A DNA stretch of 64,000 nt from Thermoplasmata archaeon (lineage in GTDB: Archaea; Thermoplasmatota; Thermoplasmata; Lutacidiplasmatales; UBA184), in the NCBI GenBank assembly GCA_028864975.1, contig JAGWLG010000004.1:32001-96000 (forward strand), written 5' to 3'. Below are positions 9,800 through 18,606 of this stretch, one piece after another (position 1 is the first letter of the stretch; each line of letters opens with the position of its first letter). Made by a program: the position numbers and the translations under genes. The notes below the pieces were generated by a model, which was not told the origin of the DNA, searched no databases, and saw only the letters and a program-made list of their open reading frames with translations.

Positions 9800-10395
9800 C
9801 GTTCCCTCGCTTCGAGCGCCACGATGCCCTCGCTCCGGACCCGGTCTAGGAAGGAAGGGCTCTTGGTGGACCGAACCTCCTCGGCGCTGTAGACCAGGGG
9901 AGAGAGGGTCGTGCCGTACCGGACCGCGACCCTGTCGAACAGGACATGAAGGGCCTCGCGCACCGCTCCCTTGTCCCACTCGGTGGGAACCTCGACGAAC
10001 AGGTCCAGGTCGCTGTTGGACCGTTCCTTTCCCCTGGCGACGGAGCCGAAGATCGTGGCCCGCCGCGCCGGCGTTCCTTCGAGGGCTTTGGCGATATCGG
10101 ACCGGATGGCGTCCATCAGCCCTCGCTCCACGCCCAACATCTCCTTCAACGCACGGTACAGGACATGCTGCCGCTCGACCCTCCAAAGATGCACGGGGCC
10201 CACGACCCTTCTGCGGGCCATCCCCTGCCGCTCTAGCTCCAAGAGGACCGCTCGGGCCTGGGAGGGCGAGAGCCTCGCAACACGCGCCGCCTCTCGCCCC
10301 GTGAATTCGCGGTCCTCGAGAAGGACCAAGGCCCGGAAGGTACGGAGCGTAGCCACGCCGTTCAGGATGTCGTCGAGCGGGGTGTGCAAGTTCAT
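9796..10395 (-). CDS. wHTH-minimal nucleotidyltransferase (MNT) fusion (module 1)
   Basis: N-terminal HTH (FTGREAARVARLSPSQARAVLLELERQG); GS-x10-DxD motif FGSVARGKERSNSDLD. Confidence 0.85.
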   Translation of the reverse strand: MNLHTPLDDILNGVATLRTFRALVLLEDREFTGREAARVARLSPSQARAVLLELERQGMARRRVVGPVHLWRVERQHVLYRALKEMLGVERGLMDAIRSDIAKALEGTPARRATIFGSVARGKERSNSDLDLFVEVPTEWDKGAVREALHVLFDRVAVRYGTTLSPLVYSAEEVRSTKSPSFLDRVRSEGIVALEARER

Positions 10396-10413
10396 CGTAC
10401 TAGAACTAGTACG
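10396..10413. promoter_or_regulatory. Palindromic operator candidate
   Basis: Perfect inverted repeat CGTACTAG-AA-CTAGTACG between the TATA box and the MNT ATG. Confidence 0.6.
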
Positions 10414-10420
10414 CTCGTTC

Positions 10421-10428
10421 TTATTAAA
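10421..10428 (-). promoter_or_regulatory. TATA box of MNT-HEPN module 1
   Basis: TTTAATAA on the minus strand about 26 nt before the ATG (leaderless spacing). Confidence 0.6.
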
Positions 10429-10623
10429 GTCCTCTTTGCGGGGTCGGCGGCTTGGTCGGGGGAACCTCCGTGGCCGGGGGATCCTCGGAGAGGTAGGGCT
10501 CCCCCGGGATAGAGGGAAGGGGGACCCAGGAGCTTCCTTGAGGAACGTGAGCTGGGGCCCCGACACCCTGAGCCGCCTCCCCGGGAGCGGTCCCCCCTCC
10601 GTCCCGGCGCCGCGTCGAGGAGG

Positions 10624-11628
10624 TCAGCTCGCCTCTTGCACGCGGTGCAGGACGCGAAGGGCGGTGAGCGTGGTCCACAGGCTCCTCTCGCCCGGCTTCT
10701 CCAGCGCGAGGGGCCTCACCCTTCTCGGTCCGCGGCCAGCCGGGTGCGATGGCTCCTCGTCAGGATGCACCCGGTCAAGGTTCCACCACCCATCGCTCCG
10801 TTGCTTCTCGCGCAAGAGACGAAGCGCGGGACCGAGACGGCGGTCGCCTCCCGCGCCCAGGCTGGTGAGCACCTCGAGCCCGACCAGCACGTCGTAGTAG
10901 TAGTGCGTGGGATAGTGGAAGCGGAACCAGGGCAGATATCGCCTTCCCTCCTGGAAGAGCTTCCGCTCGAGGTAGAACTCCAACCCGCGATCGATGGCCC
11001 GCTCCATGGCGGCGCTCCGCTTGGGCTTCGGGACAGCGGCGAGGGCGGATAGGGGCTCCCAAGCGTCGAGCGTCCCCGGCTTTCCCGGGGCGCAGTTCCA
11101 ACCCCCGTCAGCTCTCTGGTCCTCGAGCATCCAATCGAAGAGCTTGCGCACCCTGCGGTCGTCGCCGTAGCCGAGGCGCGTCAACATGCGAGCGACGTTC
11201 CCGACGATGCAGGCCTCCTCCGTGAAGATGTTCAAGGGAGAGCTCAGCGGGAGCAGGTACTGGAAGATGCGATCGGCGAACTTTCGGATGCGCGGGTCCT
11301 CCGAGGTCAGCCCGAGGTCGGAAAGGACCATCCCCTTCCAGACGGACGACTGGAACACCGGGAAGCGAAGGAAGCTCACCCACTCCCGGAGCGTCTTCGG
11401 CTCATGCGCCTCCCAGAAGCCTTCCGGCCCCTGGGTCGCGAGGAGGTCGCGCGCCCACCCTTCGCGGGAGAGACTTGAGCGGGCTCGTCGGACCTCTGGG
11501 TCGTCCTGGGGTCGACCCAGCAGCTCGGTGAGGGCGTAGTACCTGACCGAAGGTTGGCGGCTCGCGAGGAGCCCGTTGAGCGTCGCGCGGTCCAGGCCGT
11601 CGCTCGTTGTCGCTTCTCGACGTCCCAT
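10624..11628 (-). CDS. Prenyltransferase/terpene-cyclase-like alpha/alpha barrel protein
   Basis: QW-like repeats QGPEGFW, QRADGGW, QRSDGWW; GAGGAG SD before ATG 11628. Confidence 0.7.
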   Translation of the reverse strand: MGRREATTSDGLDRATLNGLLASRQPSVRYYALTELLGRPQDDPEVRRARSSLSREGWARDLLATQGPEGFWEAHEPKTLREWVSFLRFPVFQSSVWKGMVLSDLGLTSEDPRIRKFADRIFQYLLPLSSPLNIFTEEACIVGNVARMLTRLGYGDDRRVRKLFDWMLEDQRADGGWNCAPGKPGTLDAWEPLSALAAVPKPKRSAAMERAIDRGLEFYLERKLFQEGRRYLPWFRFHYPTHYYYDVLVGLEVLTSLGAGGDRRLGPALRLLREKQRSDGWWNLDRVHPDEEPSHPAGRGPRRVRPLALEKPGERSLWTTLTALRVLHRVQEAS

Positions 11629-11662
11629 CTCGTACTCCTCTCCGTGCCGCCTTTCCTTGGTC

Positions 11663-12277
11663 CTATCCCCGCGCCTTCGGCTGCCGCAGGCTTTCCTCGA
11701 GCGTCGCTTGCCGCCCTCGGTCCGAGTCCGAGGAGCGCGCGGGAGGCGGGAGCGGATAGATCCCCTCGTGCTTGAGCAACCAACGCTTTCGCCATAGCCC
11801 AAGACCGAACCCGGTGAGCGAACGGTCCTGTCCGACGAGCCGGTGGCACGGAACGATGATCGGGATGGGGTTGCGGTGGGCCGCGCCGCCCACCGCCCGC
11901 GCCGCCCTCGGCTGCCCTATCCGACGGGCCACCTCGCCGTAGGTCCGGAAGTTGCCGAAGGGAATCTGATGGAGCCCGTACCACACCTTACGGTCGAACC
12001 CGCTACCCCCTAGGAAGGCGAGCTCGACCGCGAACTCGTGTCGCTTGCCCTGGAAGTACTCCTGGAGCTGTTCGGGAGGGGACCCGTGCGGGAAACGGCT
12101 GCGCTGGACCTCGTCGACCTCTGAGGGCCCGCTGCGCTCGATCCCGTGCTCCATCAGATCGACGTAGGCGACCCGCTTCCCGTCGTACCCCACCCGGAAG
12201 GTGCCGATGGGAGAGCGGACGTCGGCCGTGCTGAGCGTGTCGACGCCCTCGGGTACAGGGAGCTTCTTCCTCGGCAT
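11663..12277 (-). CDS. ogt: Methylated-DNA-protein-cysteine methyltransferase
   Basis: IPFGNFRTYGEVA, RAVGGA and NPIPIIVPCHR. Confidence 0.95.
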   Translation of the reverse strand: MPRKKLPVPEGVDTLSTADVRSPIGTFRVGYDGKRVAYVDLMEHGIERSGPSEVDEVQRSRFPHGSPPEQLQEYFQGKRHEFAVELAFLGGSGFDRKVWYGLHQIPFGNFRTYGEVARRIGQPRAARAVGGAAHRNPIPIIVPCHRLVGQDRSLTGFGLGLWRKRWLLKHEGIYPLPPPARSSDSDRGRQATLEESLRQPKARG

Positions 12278-12342
12278 GGGAGAAACCGTTTGGTGAGACA
12301 CTTATTAGTCAACCCGACTAAAGCTTCTGGGTAGGGGGAGCA

Positions 12343-13092
12343 TTGCCCAGGTCCATCACGTACAGTGTCGTGGACTCGACCCAGGAGGTCGCCCTCCGTC
12401 TGGCCCGGGAAGGGGCCCCGCACGGGACCTCGGTCTCGGCGGAGACGCAGCTCCTGGGGCGCGGGCGCGAGGGGCGTGCCTGGGCCTCGCCCAAGGGAGG
12501 GCTCTACGCCTCCGTCGTGCTCCGCCCGGAGGCCTCCGCCTTCCCCTTGCTCTCGCTCTCCGCAGGGCTCGAGCTGCGGGAGCTCCTCGCCGAGCGTGCG
12601 CCCAAGGCCAAGGTCATGATCAAGTGGCCGAACGATCTGCTGCTCGTTCCCCGGGACGCTCCGGGGTCGGCCCGCAAGGTCGGTGGGGTGCTGACGGACA
12701 TCATCACCCGTCCCGGGATCACCACCGTCGCGGTCGTCGGGGTGGGGCTGAACGTGGACGTCGCCGTGTCCGACCTCCCCCCCGATCTCCAAGGACAGGT
12801 GGCGTCGCTGCGGGAGTTCACTCCCGGGCCCGTCTCGGTCCGAGACCTGCAGGAGCCCGTGCTCCATGCGGTGGTCCGAGCGTGCCAACGCGTCTCGACC
12901 TCGGAGGGTCGTGCGAGCCTGCCTCAGGCCGTTGCGAAGCACCTCTTCGGGGTGGGGAGCCCGGTCGCGCTCGAAGGGGCCCGAGGGACCTTCCGGGGCG
13001 TGGGCCCCGGTGGCGAGGCGCTCGTCGAGCCCGAGGGCGGGGGCCCGCCGCGCGCGCTGCATGCCGGCGAGCTCAAGATCGAGGTGCCATGA
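12343..13092 (+). CDS. birA: Biotin-protein ligase (no N-terminal HTH)
   Basis: GRGREGRAWASP, IKWPNDL, RKVGGVL, VGVGLNV. Confidence 0.93.
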   Translation: MPRSITYSVVDSTQEVALRLAREGAPHGTSVSAETQLLGRGREGRAWASPKGGLYASVVLRPEASAFPLLSLSAGLELRELLAERAPKAKVMIKWPNDLLLVPRDAPGSARKVGGVLTDIITRPGITTVAVVGVGLNVDVAVSDLPPDLQGQVASLREFTPGPVSVRDLQEPVLHAVVRACQRVSTSEGRASLPQAVAKHLFGVGSPVALEGARGTFRGVGPGGEALVEPEGGGPPRALHAGELKIEVP

Positions 13093-14726
13093 CGACCACG
13101 AGCCGTCCGCCCACGGGCTCCGACGGGGTCGGGAAGGGGGGCGCAGCGGCCCCGCCTGGTCCCTCTCGTTCCCACCGCCCCTCCCCGCGCGAAAGGTTCG
13201 CCCGAGAGAAGGCCCGTGTCCGAGAAGGGGCGGGGAAGGACCGACAGGAGAAGCTCCGCGCCCAGGGGAGGCTGGCAGCGCGCGAGCGGTTGGAGACCCT
13301 GTTCGACCCCGGGACCTTCGTCGAGATCGACCCGTTCGTCTCCCACCGCATCACTTCCTTCGGGCTCTCTGAGCGACGGATCCCGGGCGACGGGGTCGTC
13401 ACAGGATGGGGCAAGATCGAGGGGCGGGTCGTGGCGGCCTTCGCGCAGGACCCGACGGTCTTCGGCGGGGCGCTGGGGGAAGCGCACGCCAGCAAGATCG
13501 TGAAGATCATGGAGTTCGCGGCGAAGGTCGGAGCCCCGGTCGTAGGCCTGAACGACTCCGGGGGCGCGAGGATCCAGGAGGGGGTCGTCTCCCTCGGGGG
13601 CTACGGGGAGGTCTTCCACCGCAACGTGCTCTATTCCGGGGTCGTCCCCCAGGTCTCGGTCATCCTCGGAGCCTGCGCGGGGGGAGCGGTCTACTCCCCG
13701 GCCATGACGGACTTCATCATCATGGCCGAAGGGGCGAGCCACATGTTCATCACCGGACCGGACGTGATCCGCACGGTCACGGGCGAGGAGGTCACCCACG
13801 AACAACTGGGGGGAGCCCATACGCACGCGTCGAAGAGCGGCGTGGCCCACCTGGTCGCTCCGGGGGAGAAGGAGGCGCTCGCCCTCACTCGACGGCTCCT
13901 CTCGTACCTTCCGTCGAACAACCTCGAGGACCCGCCCTCGTCCCCGCCTCGCTCGCCTCCGCCCTCCGCTGCGGGAGAGCTCGACGCCCTCGTTCCCGCC
14001 GAGGCCGACCGGCCCTACGATATGCACGAGGTCATCGGGCGGGTCGTCGACCCCGAGAGCACGCTCGAGATCTTCCCGTCCTGGGCCCCGAACATGATCA
14101 CCGAGCTCGCCCGGCTCGACGGTCACCCGGTCGGGGTCGTCGCGAACCAGCCCCAGGTCCTCGCCGGTTGTCTCGACATCGAGGCCTCCGAGAAAGGTGC
14201 ACGCTTCGTTCGCACCTGCGACGCCTTCAACTTGCCGCTCTTGACCTTCGTGGACGTTCCGGGGTTCCTCCCCGGCACGCAGCAGGAGTACGGCGGGATC
14301 ATCCGTCACGGCGCGAAGCTCCTCTTCGCGTTCTCCGAGGCGACGGTCCCCAAGCTCACGGTGATCCCCCGCAAGGCCTACGGCGGGGCCTACGATGTCA
14401 TGTGCTCGAAGCACATCGGTGGGGACTACAACGTGGCCTGGCCGCAGGCGGAGATCGCGGTCATGGGCGCGGAGGGCGCGGTGAACATCCTCTTCCGCCG
14501 AGAGCTCGACAAAGCGCCGGAGGGGGAGCGCTCTTCCCTGCGCAAGACGCTCACCGACGAGTACGCGGCCGAGTTCCTCAACCCCTACCTTGCCGCCGAA
14601 CGGGGCTACCTCGACGACGTCATCGACCCGAGCGAGACCCGCAAGAGGCTCCTGGAGGCCTTCGAGGCGCTGCGGGGCAAACGGCAGGACCGTCCCCCGA
14701 AGAAGCACGGGAACATCCCGCTGTGA
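13089..14726 (+). CDS. Acyl-CoA carboxyltransferase beta subunit (PccB/MmdA/transcarboxylase 12S-like)
   Basis: DSGGARIQEG, GACAGGAVYSPAMTD, VDVPGFLPG, RKAYGGAY, KKHGNIPL; start reset to ATG 13089. Confidence 0.95.
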   Translation: MTTTSRPPTGSDGVGKGGAAAPPGPSRSHRPSPRERFAREKARVREGAGKDRQEKLRAQGRLAARERLETLFDPGTFVEIDPFVSHRITSFGLSERRIPGDGVVTGWGKIEGRVVAAFAQDPTVFGGALGEAHASKIVKIMEFAAKVGAPVVGLNDSGGARIQEGVVSLGGYGEVFHRNVLYSGVVPQVSVILGACAGGAVYSPAMTDFIIMAEGASHMFITGPDVIRTVTGEEVTHEQLGGAHTHASKSGVAHLVAPGEKEALALTRRLLSYLPSNNLEDPPSSPPRSPPPSAAGELDALVPAEADRPYDMHEVIGRVVDPESTLEIFPSWAPNMITELARLDGHPVGVVANQPQVLAGCLDIEASEKGARFVRTCDAFNLPLLTFVDVPGFLPGTQQEYGGIIRHGAKLLFAFSEATVPKLTVIPRKAYGGAYDVMCSKHIGGDYNVAWPQAEIAVMGAEGAVNILFRRELDKAPEGERSSLRKTLTDEYAAEFLNPYLAAERGYLDDVIDPSETRKRLLEAFEALRGKRQDRPPKKHGNIPL

Positions 14727-14757
14727 TCCCGCCGGGCCTTCGCCACAGAGGAGGAGG

Positions 14758-15195
14758 CTACTCCGAGCGAGCGGAGGTGGACCCCTGGACCAGCTTTCGG
14801 ACCGTGCCCAGGACCACCGTCGCCCGCTGAAGGAACTCCCTGGCGCGACGAGGGTCCCGCACGTCGCGCGTCGGGCCGACCCCCTTCTGGCTGCCATAGA
14901 GGGCCGCTTCGCGGCGGTCTGCCAGAGCATGGGAGAGTTCCGCCATCTCAGGGATCGCCGACCGGAACCAGGCTGGGAACTTGTCGCGGTGGTCCTCGAG
15001 CACGAACCCGACGTCGTGGAACTTCGGGTAGTCGATCCCCGCCGACCGCAGGGCGGACTTCAACGAAAGCTCGACGGCCTCTTGGGAGAACCGAACGACA
15101 TCGGGGGTACGACGGCGGCCGAGGGCCGCGCGCGCCGCACGGACCCGCTCGTCGGCGCGAACCAGGAACTCCTCAGGGCCATCCTCGGGATTCAC
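14758..15195 (-). CDS. HEPN-domain protein (module 2)
   Basis: SQEAVELSLKSAL, PKFHDV, RREAALYG; GTGA overlap with the MNT stop. Confidence 0.85.
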   Translation of the reverse strand: MNPEDGPEEFLVRADERVRAARAALGRRRTPDVVRFSQEAVELSLKSALRSAGIDYPKFHDVGFVLEDHRDKFPAWFRSAIPEMAELSHALADRREAALYGSQKGVGPTRDVRDPRRAREFLQRATVVLGTVRKLVQGSTSARSE

Positions 15196-15929
15196 GAGGC
15201 GAGCACCTCCGCGAAGACCGAGCCCCTCGGCACTTCCCAGTAGCGCGCTCCCGTGGCGTCGCGCAACCGCCGGGCATGGAGGTCTCGGAGCCGGTGGCGG
15301 ACCTGCTCGAAGCGGCGAGAGAGCAACCGGTCCCGGTCCAGGATGACGATGGCGTCCTCGGCGAGGTCGAGCCAGAGGTAGCGGGGCGCGTCCACCTCCG
15401 ACGGCGAGAGCAAGATGACGGAGGGTGGATGGCACTCACGTAGGGCGGACCACTGACGAGCGAGCAGGGGCCCGAGATCGGCGTGCAGGGAACGGAGCTC
15501 GTCGGGGCGCTCGGAAGGGGGTCCCTGCAATCCCTCGACGACCCCGAGAAGGTCGACATCGCTCTGGGCGCCCTCCTCGCCCCGCGCGACAGAGCCGAAG
15601 AGGGCCAGCCCACGTAACCGGGCGCCGTACGTGCGCAGGAGCCATCCAACGGCGACTTGGAGAGGAGGGAGGGACCGATGTCCGACCAGGCGTTCCCCCC
15701 AGTCGCGCTCCATCCGGGACAGGGCCGCCAGGGGGTCGTGGAGGACGTGGACCCCCCTGCCGAGGGAGAACGCCCAGCCTCGTGCGGCGAGGCGAGAGAG
15801 AAGGAGGTTCGTCCACGTCTCGCTCGAACGGAGAACCTCACGCGCATCGCCGTTCGAGAAGGGTCTCGGGCCGAACGCCCCTTGGAGTTGAGCGTAGGCA
15901 CGAGCTGCCGATGGGGACAACCATCTCAT
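15192..15929 (-). CDS. wHTH-MNT fusion (module 2)
   Basis: N-terminal wHTH resembling AbiEi N-domains; FGSVARGEEGAQSDVD; start ATG 15929 (track over-extends to 17219). Confidence 0.85.
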   Translation of the reverse strand: MRWLSPSAARAYAQLQGAFGPRPFSNGDAREVLRSSETWTNLLLSRLAARGWAFSLGRGVHVLHDPLAALSRMERDWGERLVGHRSLPPLQVAVGWLLRTYGARLRGLALFGSVARGEEGAQSDVDLLGVVEGLQGPPSERPDELRSLHADLGPLLARQWSALRECHPPSVILLSPSEVDAPRYLWLDLAEDAIVILDRDRLLSRRFEQVRHRLRDLHARRLRDATGARYWEVPRGSVFAEVLAS

Positions 15930-15933
15930 TTCA

Positions 15934-15959
15934 GATATTATATCATATTTGGCTATAAA
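15934..15959 (-). promoter_or_regulatory. TATA box plus short palindrome of module 2
   Basis: TTTATA (15954-15959, minus) about 25 nt before the ATG; GATAT-T-ATATC at 15934-15944; AT-rich island. Confidence 0.55.
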
Positions 15960-16064
15960 CACGTTCGCGAGCCCTGAGCGGGCGGTCACCGTCAGGGCGC
16001 CGCGGCCCGACCCGAATGTTGGGAGGAAAGGAGATAACCTGACGCAGCACGGACATCTCGCGGC

Positions 16065-17615
16065 ATGGTCGAGCTCACCGAGACCGTCCTTCGCGACGGG
16101 CACCAGTCGCTCATCGCGACCAGGATGCGGACCCGGGACATGCTTCCCGCGGTCGAGCGCCTGGACGCGGTCGGTTACCGCTCGCTCGAGGTCTGGGGCG
16201 GCGCGACCTTCGACGTCTGCCTGCGCTATCTCCACGAGGACCCCTGGGAGCGCCTGCGGGAGATCAAGCGGCGAGCGAAGCGGACGCCGCTCCAGATGCT
16301 CCTCCGGGGGCAGAACCTGGTGGGCTATCGCCACTACCCGGACGACGTCGTCGAGCGCTTCTGCGCGAGGGCCGCGAAGGAGGGGGTCGACCTCTTCCGC
16401 GTCTTCGACGCGCTCAACGACCCCAGGAACATGCGCACGGCGGTCCGAGCGATCAAGAAGGCCGGGGGACGAGTGCAGGGGACCATCTGCTACACCGAAA
16501 GCCCGGTGCACACCCAGGAGGCGTTCGTGTCCCTGGGCCGCGAGCTCGCCGAAATGGGTTCGGACGAGCTCTGCATCAAGGACATGGGCGGGTTCATGCC
16601 GCCCCACGCGGCAGCGGCGCTCGTCTCCGCACTGAAGAAGGAGATCGGGCTCCCGATCGCGGTCCATACGCACTCCTCCAGCGGCATGGCCCTCATGGCC
16701 CTCCTCGCGAGCGCCGAGGCCGGAGCGACCTCCCTCGACACGGCGCTCTCGCCTTTCGGAGGAGGGACCTCCCAGCCCCCGACCGAGTCCGTCGTCGGAG
16801 GCCTGCGTGGGACGCCGTTCGCCACCCGGCTCTCCCTGGAGCCGCTCGCCGACCTCGCCGACTACTTCCAGGGGGTGCTGGAGCGCTACCGCCCCATGCT
16901 GGAGTTCCGTTCGCTCCAGGTGGACCCTCAGGTCCTGCTCCACCAGGTCCCGGGGGGGATGCTCTCGAACCTCTTCTCGCAGCTGAGGGAACAGGACGCC
17001 CTCGGGCGCCTCCCTGAGGTGCTGAAGGAGGTGCCGCGGGTGCGGGAGGACCTGGGCTACCCTCCACTCGTGACGCCCACGAGCCAGATCGTGGGGATCC
17101 AGGCGGTCTTCAACGTCCTCTTGGGGCAGCGCTACAAGGAGATCACGAAAGAGGTCCGGGACTACGTGAAGGGCCTCTACGGACACGCTCCCGGTCCGAT
17201 CTCCTCCGACCTTCAGCACCGGGTCCTCGACGGGGCGGCGCCCCTCGACGGACGACCGGCGGACCTCCTCGCGCCCGAGTACGAGAGGATACGGAGCGAG
17301 CTCTCGGCGCTCCTCCCGGCGGCCACGGAGGAGGAGGTCCTCTCCTACGCTATCTTCCCCCAGGTGTTCAAGGAGTATCTCGTGGGTCGGTCGAAGGGGT
17401 ACACCGCCGAGATGCTGACCGTGGCCGCCGCGGGAGTGCTAGCGGCCCTCCGAGCTCCTACCGTCGCGGCCGCGCCTCCCTCCACGGCGCTCTCCTCAAC
17501 CTCGCCGACCTCCTCCGTCGCCGCTCCGTCCTCCGGGTGGGCGCTCGCGGGTCGGATACGAAGCATGGATCCCCATCGGTGGCAAGATGCGTATACAGCT
17601 CGTCGTCGACGGTAA
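16065..17615 (+). CDS. Pyruvate/oxaloacetate carboxyltransferase subunit (PycB/OadA/transcarboxylase 5S-like), no biotinyl domain
   Basis: LRDGHQSL, EVWGGATFD, CIKDMGG, HTH, HQVPGGMLSNL, GYPPLVTPTSQIVG. Confidence 0.93.
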   Translation: MVELTETVLRDGHQSLIATRMRTRDMLPAVERLDAVGYRSLEVWGGATFDVCLRYLHEDPWERLREIKRRAKRTPLQMLLRGQNLVGYRHYPDDVVERFCARAAKEGVDLFRVFDALNDPRNMRTAVRAIKKAGGRVQGTICYTESPVHTQEAFVSLGRELAEMGSDELCIKDMGGFMPPHAAAALVSALKKEIGLPIAVHTHSSSGMALMALLASAEAGATSLDTALSPFGGGTSQPPTESVVGGLRGTPFATRLSLEPLADLADYFQGVLERYRPMLEFRSLQVDPQVLLHQVPGGMLSNLFSQLREQDALGRLPEVLKEVPRVREDLGYPPLVTPTSQIVGIQAVFNVLLGQRYKEITKEVRDYVKGLYGHAPGPISSDLQHRVLDGAAPLDGRPADLLAPEYERIRSELSALLPAATEEEVLSYAIFPQVFKEYLVGRSKGYTAEMLTVAAAGVLAALRAPTVAAAPPSTALSSTSPTSSVAAPSSGWALAGRIRSMDPHRWQDAYTARRRR

Positions 17616-18153
17616 GAGGCAGGAGCTCGAGGTCGACCTCGCCAAGGGCGAGGTGCGCCTCGGTGGGCGGAGCGTGCCGTTCCACGTGGTCGACGACGCG
17701 GGCGGGCGGGTCGAGGTTGATGTGGGGGGGGAGAAGCATGTCCTCGAAGGTTGGCCGGACGGGGCACCCTCGCCTCCGACGAACACGCTCGTCGTGAACC
17801 GGGAGCTCCATCGTGTCGAAGGCGTTCACGCGGAGACCGAGCGCGTCCTCACCCCCACCCTATCCTCCCAGGAGAGAAAGACCCCGGTCCCCCCGACACG
17901 CGCTGCCGCGTCCGGCCCGTCCTCGGACGGCCCCGGCGTCCCGATCGCGCCGCCGATGCCGGGGAAGGTCCTCGAGGTCCGGGTGAAAGAGGGCGAGGAG
18001 GTGGTCCCAGGACAGACCCTGCTCGTCCTTGAGGCGATGAAGATGCGGAACGAGATCCAGAGCCCCGGCGCGGGGAAGGTCCAAGGGCTGTCGGTCGCGC
18101 CCGGGGCGATGGTGAAGGCGAAGCAGGTGCTGCTCCGGATCGTTCCCCCGTAG
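17587..18153 (+). CDS. Biotin carboxyl carrier protein (1.3S-like)
   Basis: APMPGKV and LEAMKMRNEI biotinylation motif. Confidence 0.95.
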   Translation: MRIQLVVDGKRQELEVDLAKGEVRLGGRSVPFHVVDDAGGRVEVDVGGEKHVLEGWPDGAPSPPTNTLVVNRELHRVEGVHAETERVLTPTLSSQERKTPVPPTRAAASGPSSDGPGVPIAPPMPGKVLEVRVKEGEEVVPGQTLLVLEAMKMRNEIQSPGAGKVQGLSVAPGAMVKAKQVLLRIVPP

Positions 18154-18264
18154 GGCCTGTCGGCCCCGCTCACGCGACCCCGCGTGGTCAATACCCGCAG
18201 GTGAGCTTTCGTGAAGGCTCGAGCAACCCTTGAAAGGGAGGTTCGGCCTATCAGAAACAACGCC

Positions 18265-18606
18265 ATGACGAAGGCCATGGGGGGACGACCCGATCCGAAC
18301 GCGGTCCAAGAGGCCATCCGTCGGATCGTGGGGGCCGCGCACCCCGTTCGCATCATCCTCTTCGGCTCGGCCGCTCGCGGGGAGATGAGGGACGACAGCG
18401 ACCTCGATATGCTGGTGGTCTGCAAGCCGCCCCTGGACCGGGTCGAAATGACGAGCCGTATCTACGAGGGACTCCTGGGGGTCGAGTTCCCGGTCGATGT
18501 TCTTGTCGTGACCGAGGAGTCCCTTGCGAAGACCCGGGACAACCCGGGTTTCATCTACGGCACGGCGTTGGAAGAGGGGAGGGAGATCTATCTCGCCGGA
18601 GCCTGA
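18265..18606 (+). CDS. Minimal nucleotidyltransferase (module 3)
   Basis: LFGSAARGEMRDDSDLD; PVDVLV. Confidence 0.9.
   Translation: MTKAMGGRPDPNAVQEAIRRIVGAAHPVRIILFGSAARGEMRDDSDLDMLVVCKPPLDRVEMTSRIYEGLLGVEFPVDVLVVTEESLAKTRDNPGFIYGTALEEGREIYLAGA

Noticed and set aside
10624-11628. NifH/nitrogenase label sometimes attached to this kind of protein
   Set aside because: No P-loop or NifH Cys motifs; the sequence is a QW-repeat helical barrel.
12624-13088. Track N-terminal extensions of the carboxyltransferase (also 15930-17219, 18958-19083, 36367-36615, 40114-41061)
   Set aside because: They overlap neighbouring genes; better starts with ATGA/GTGA coupling, SD or TATA spacing exist.
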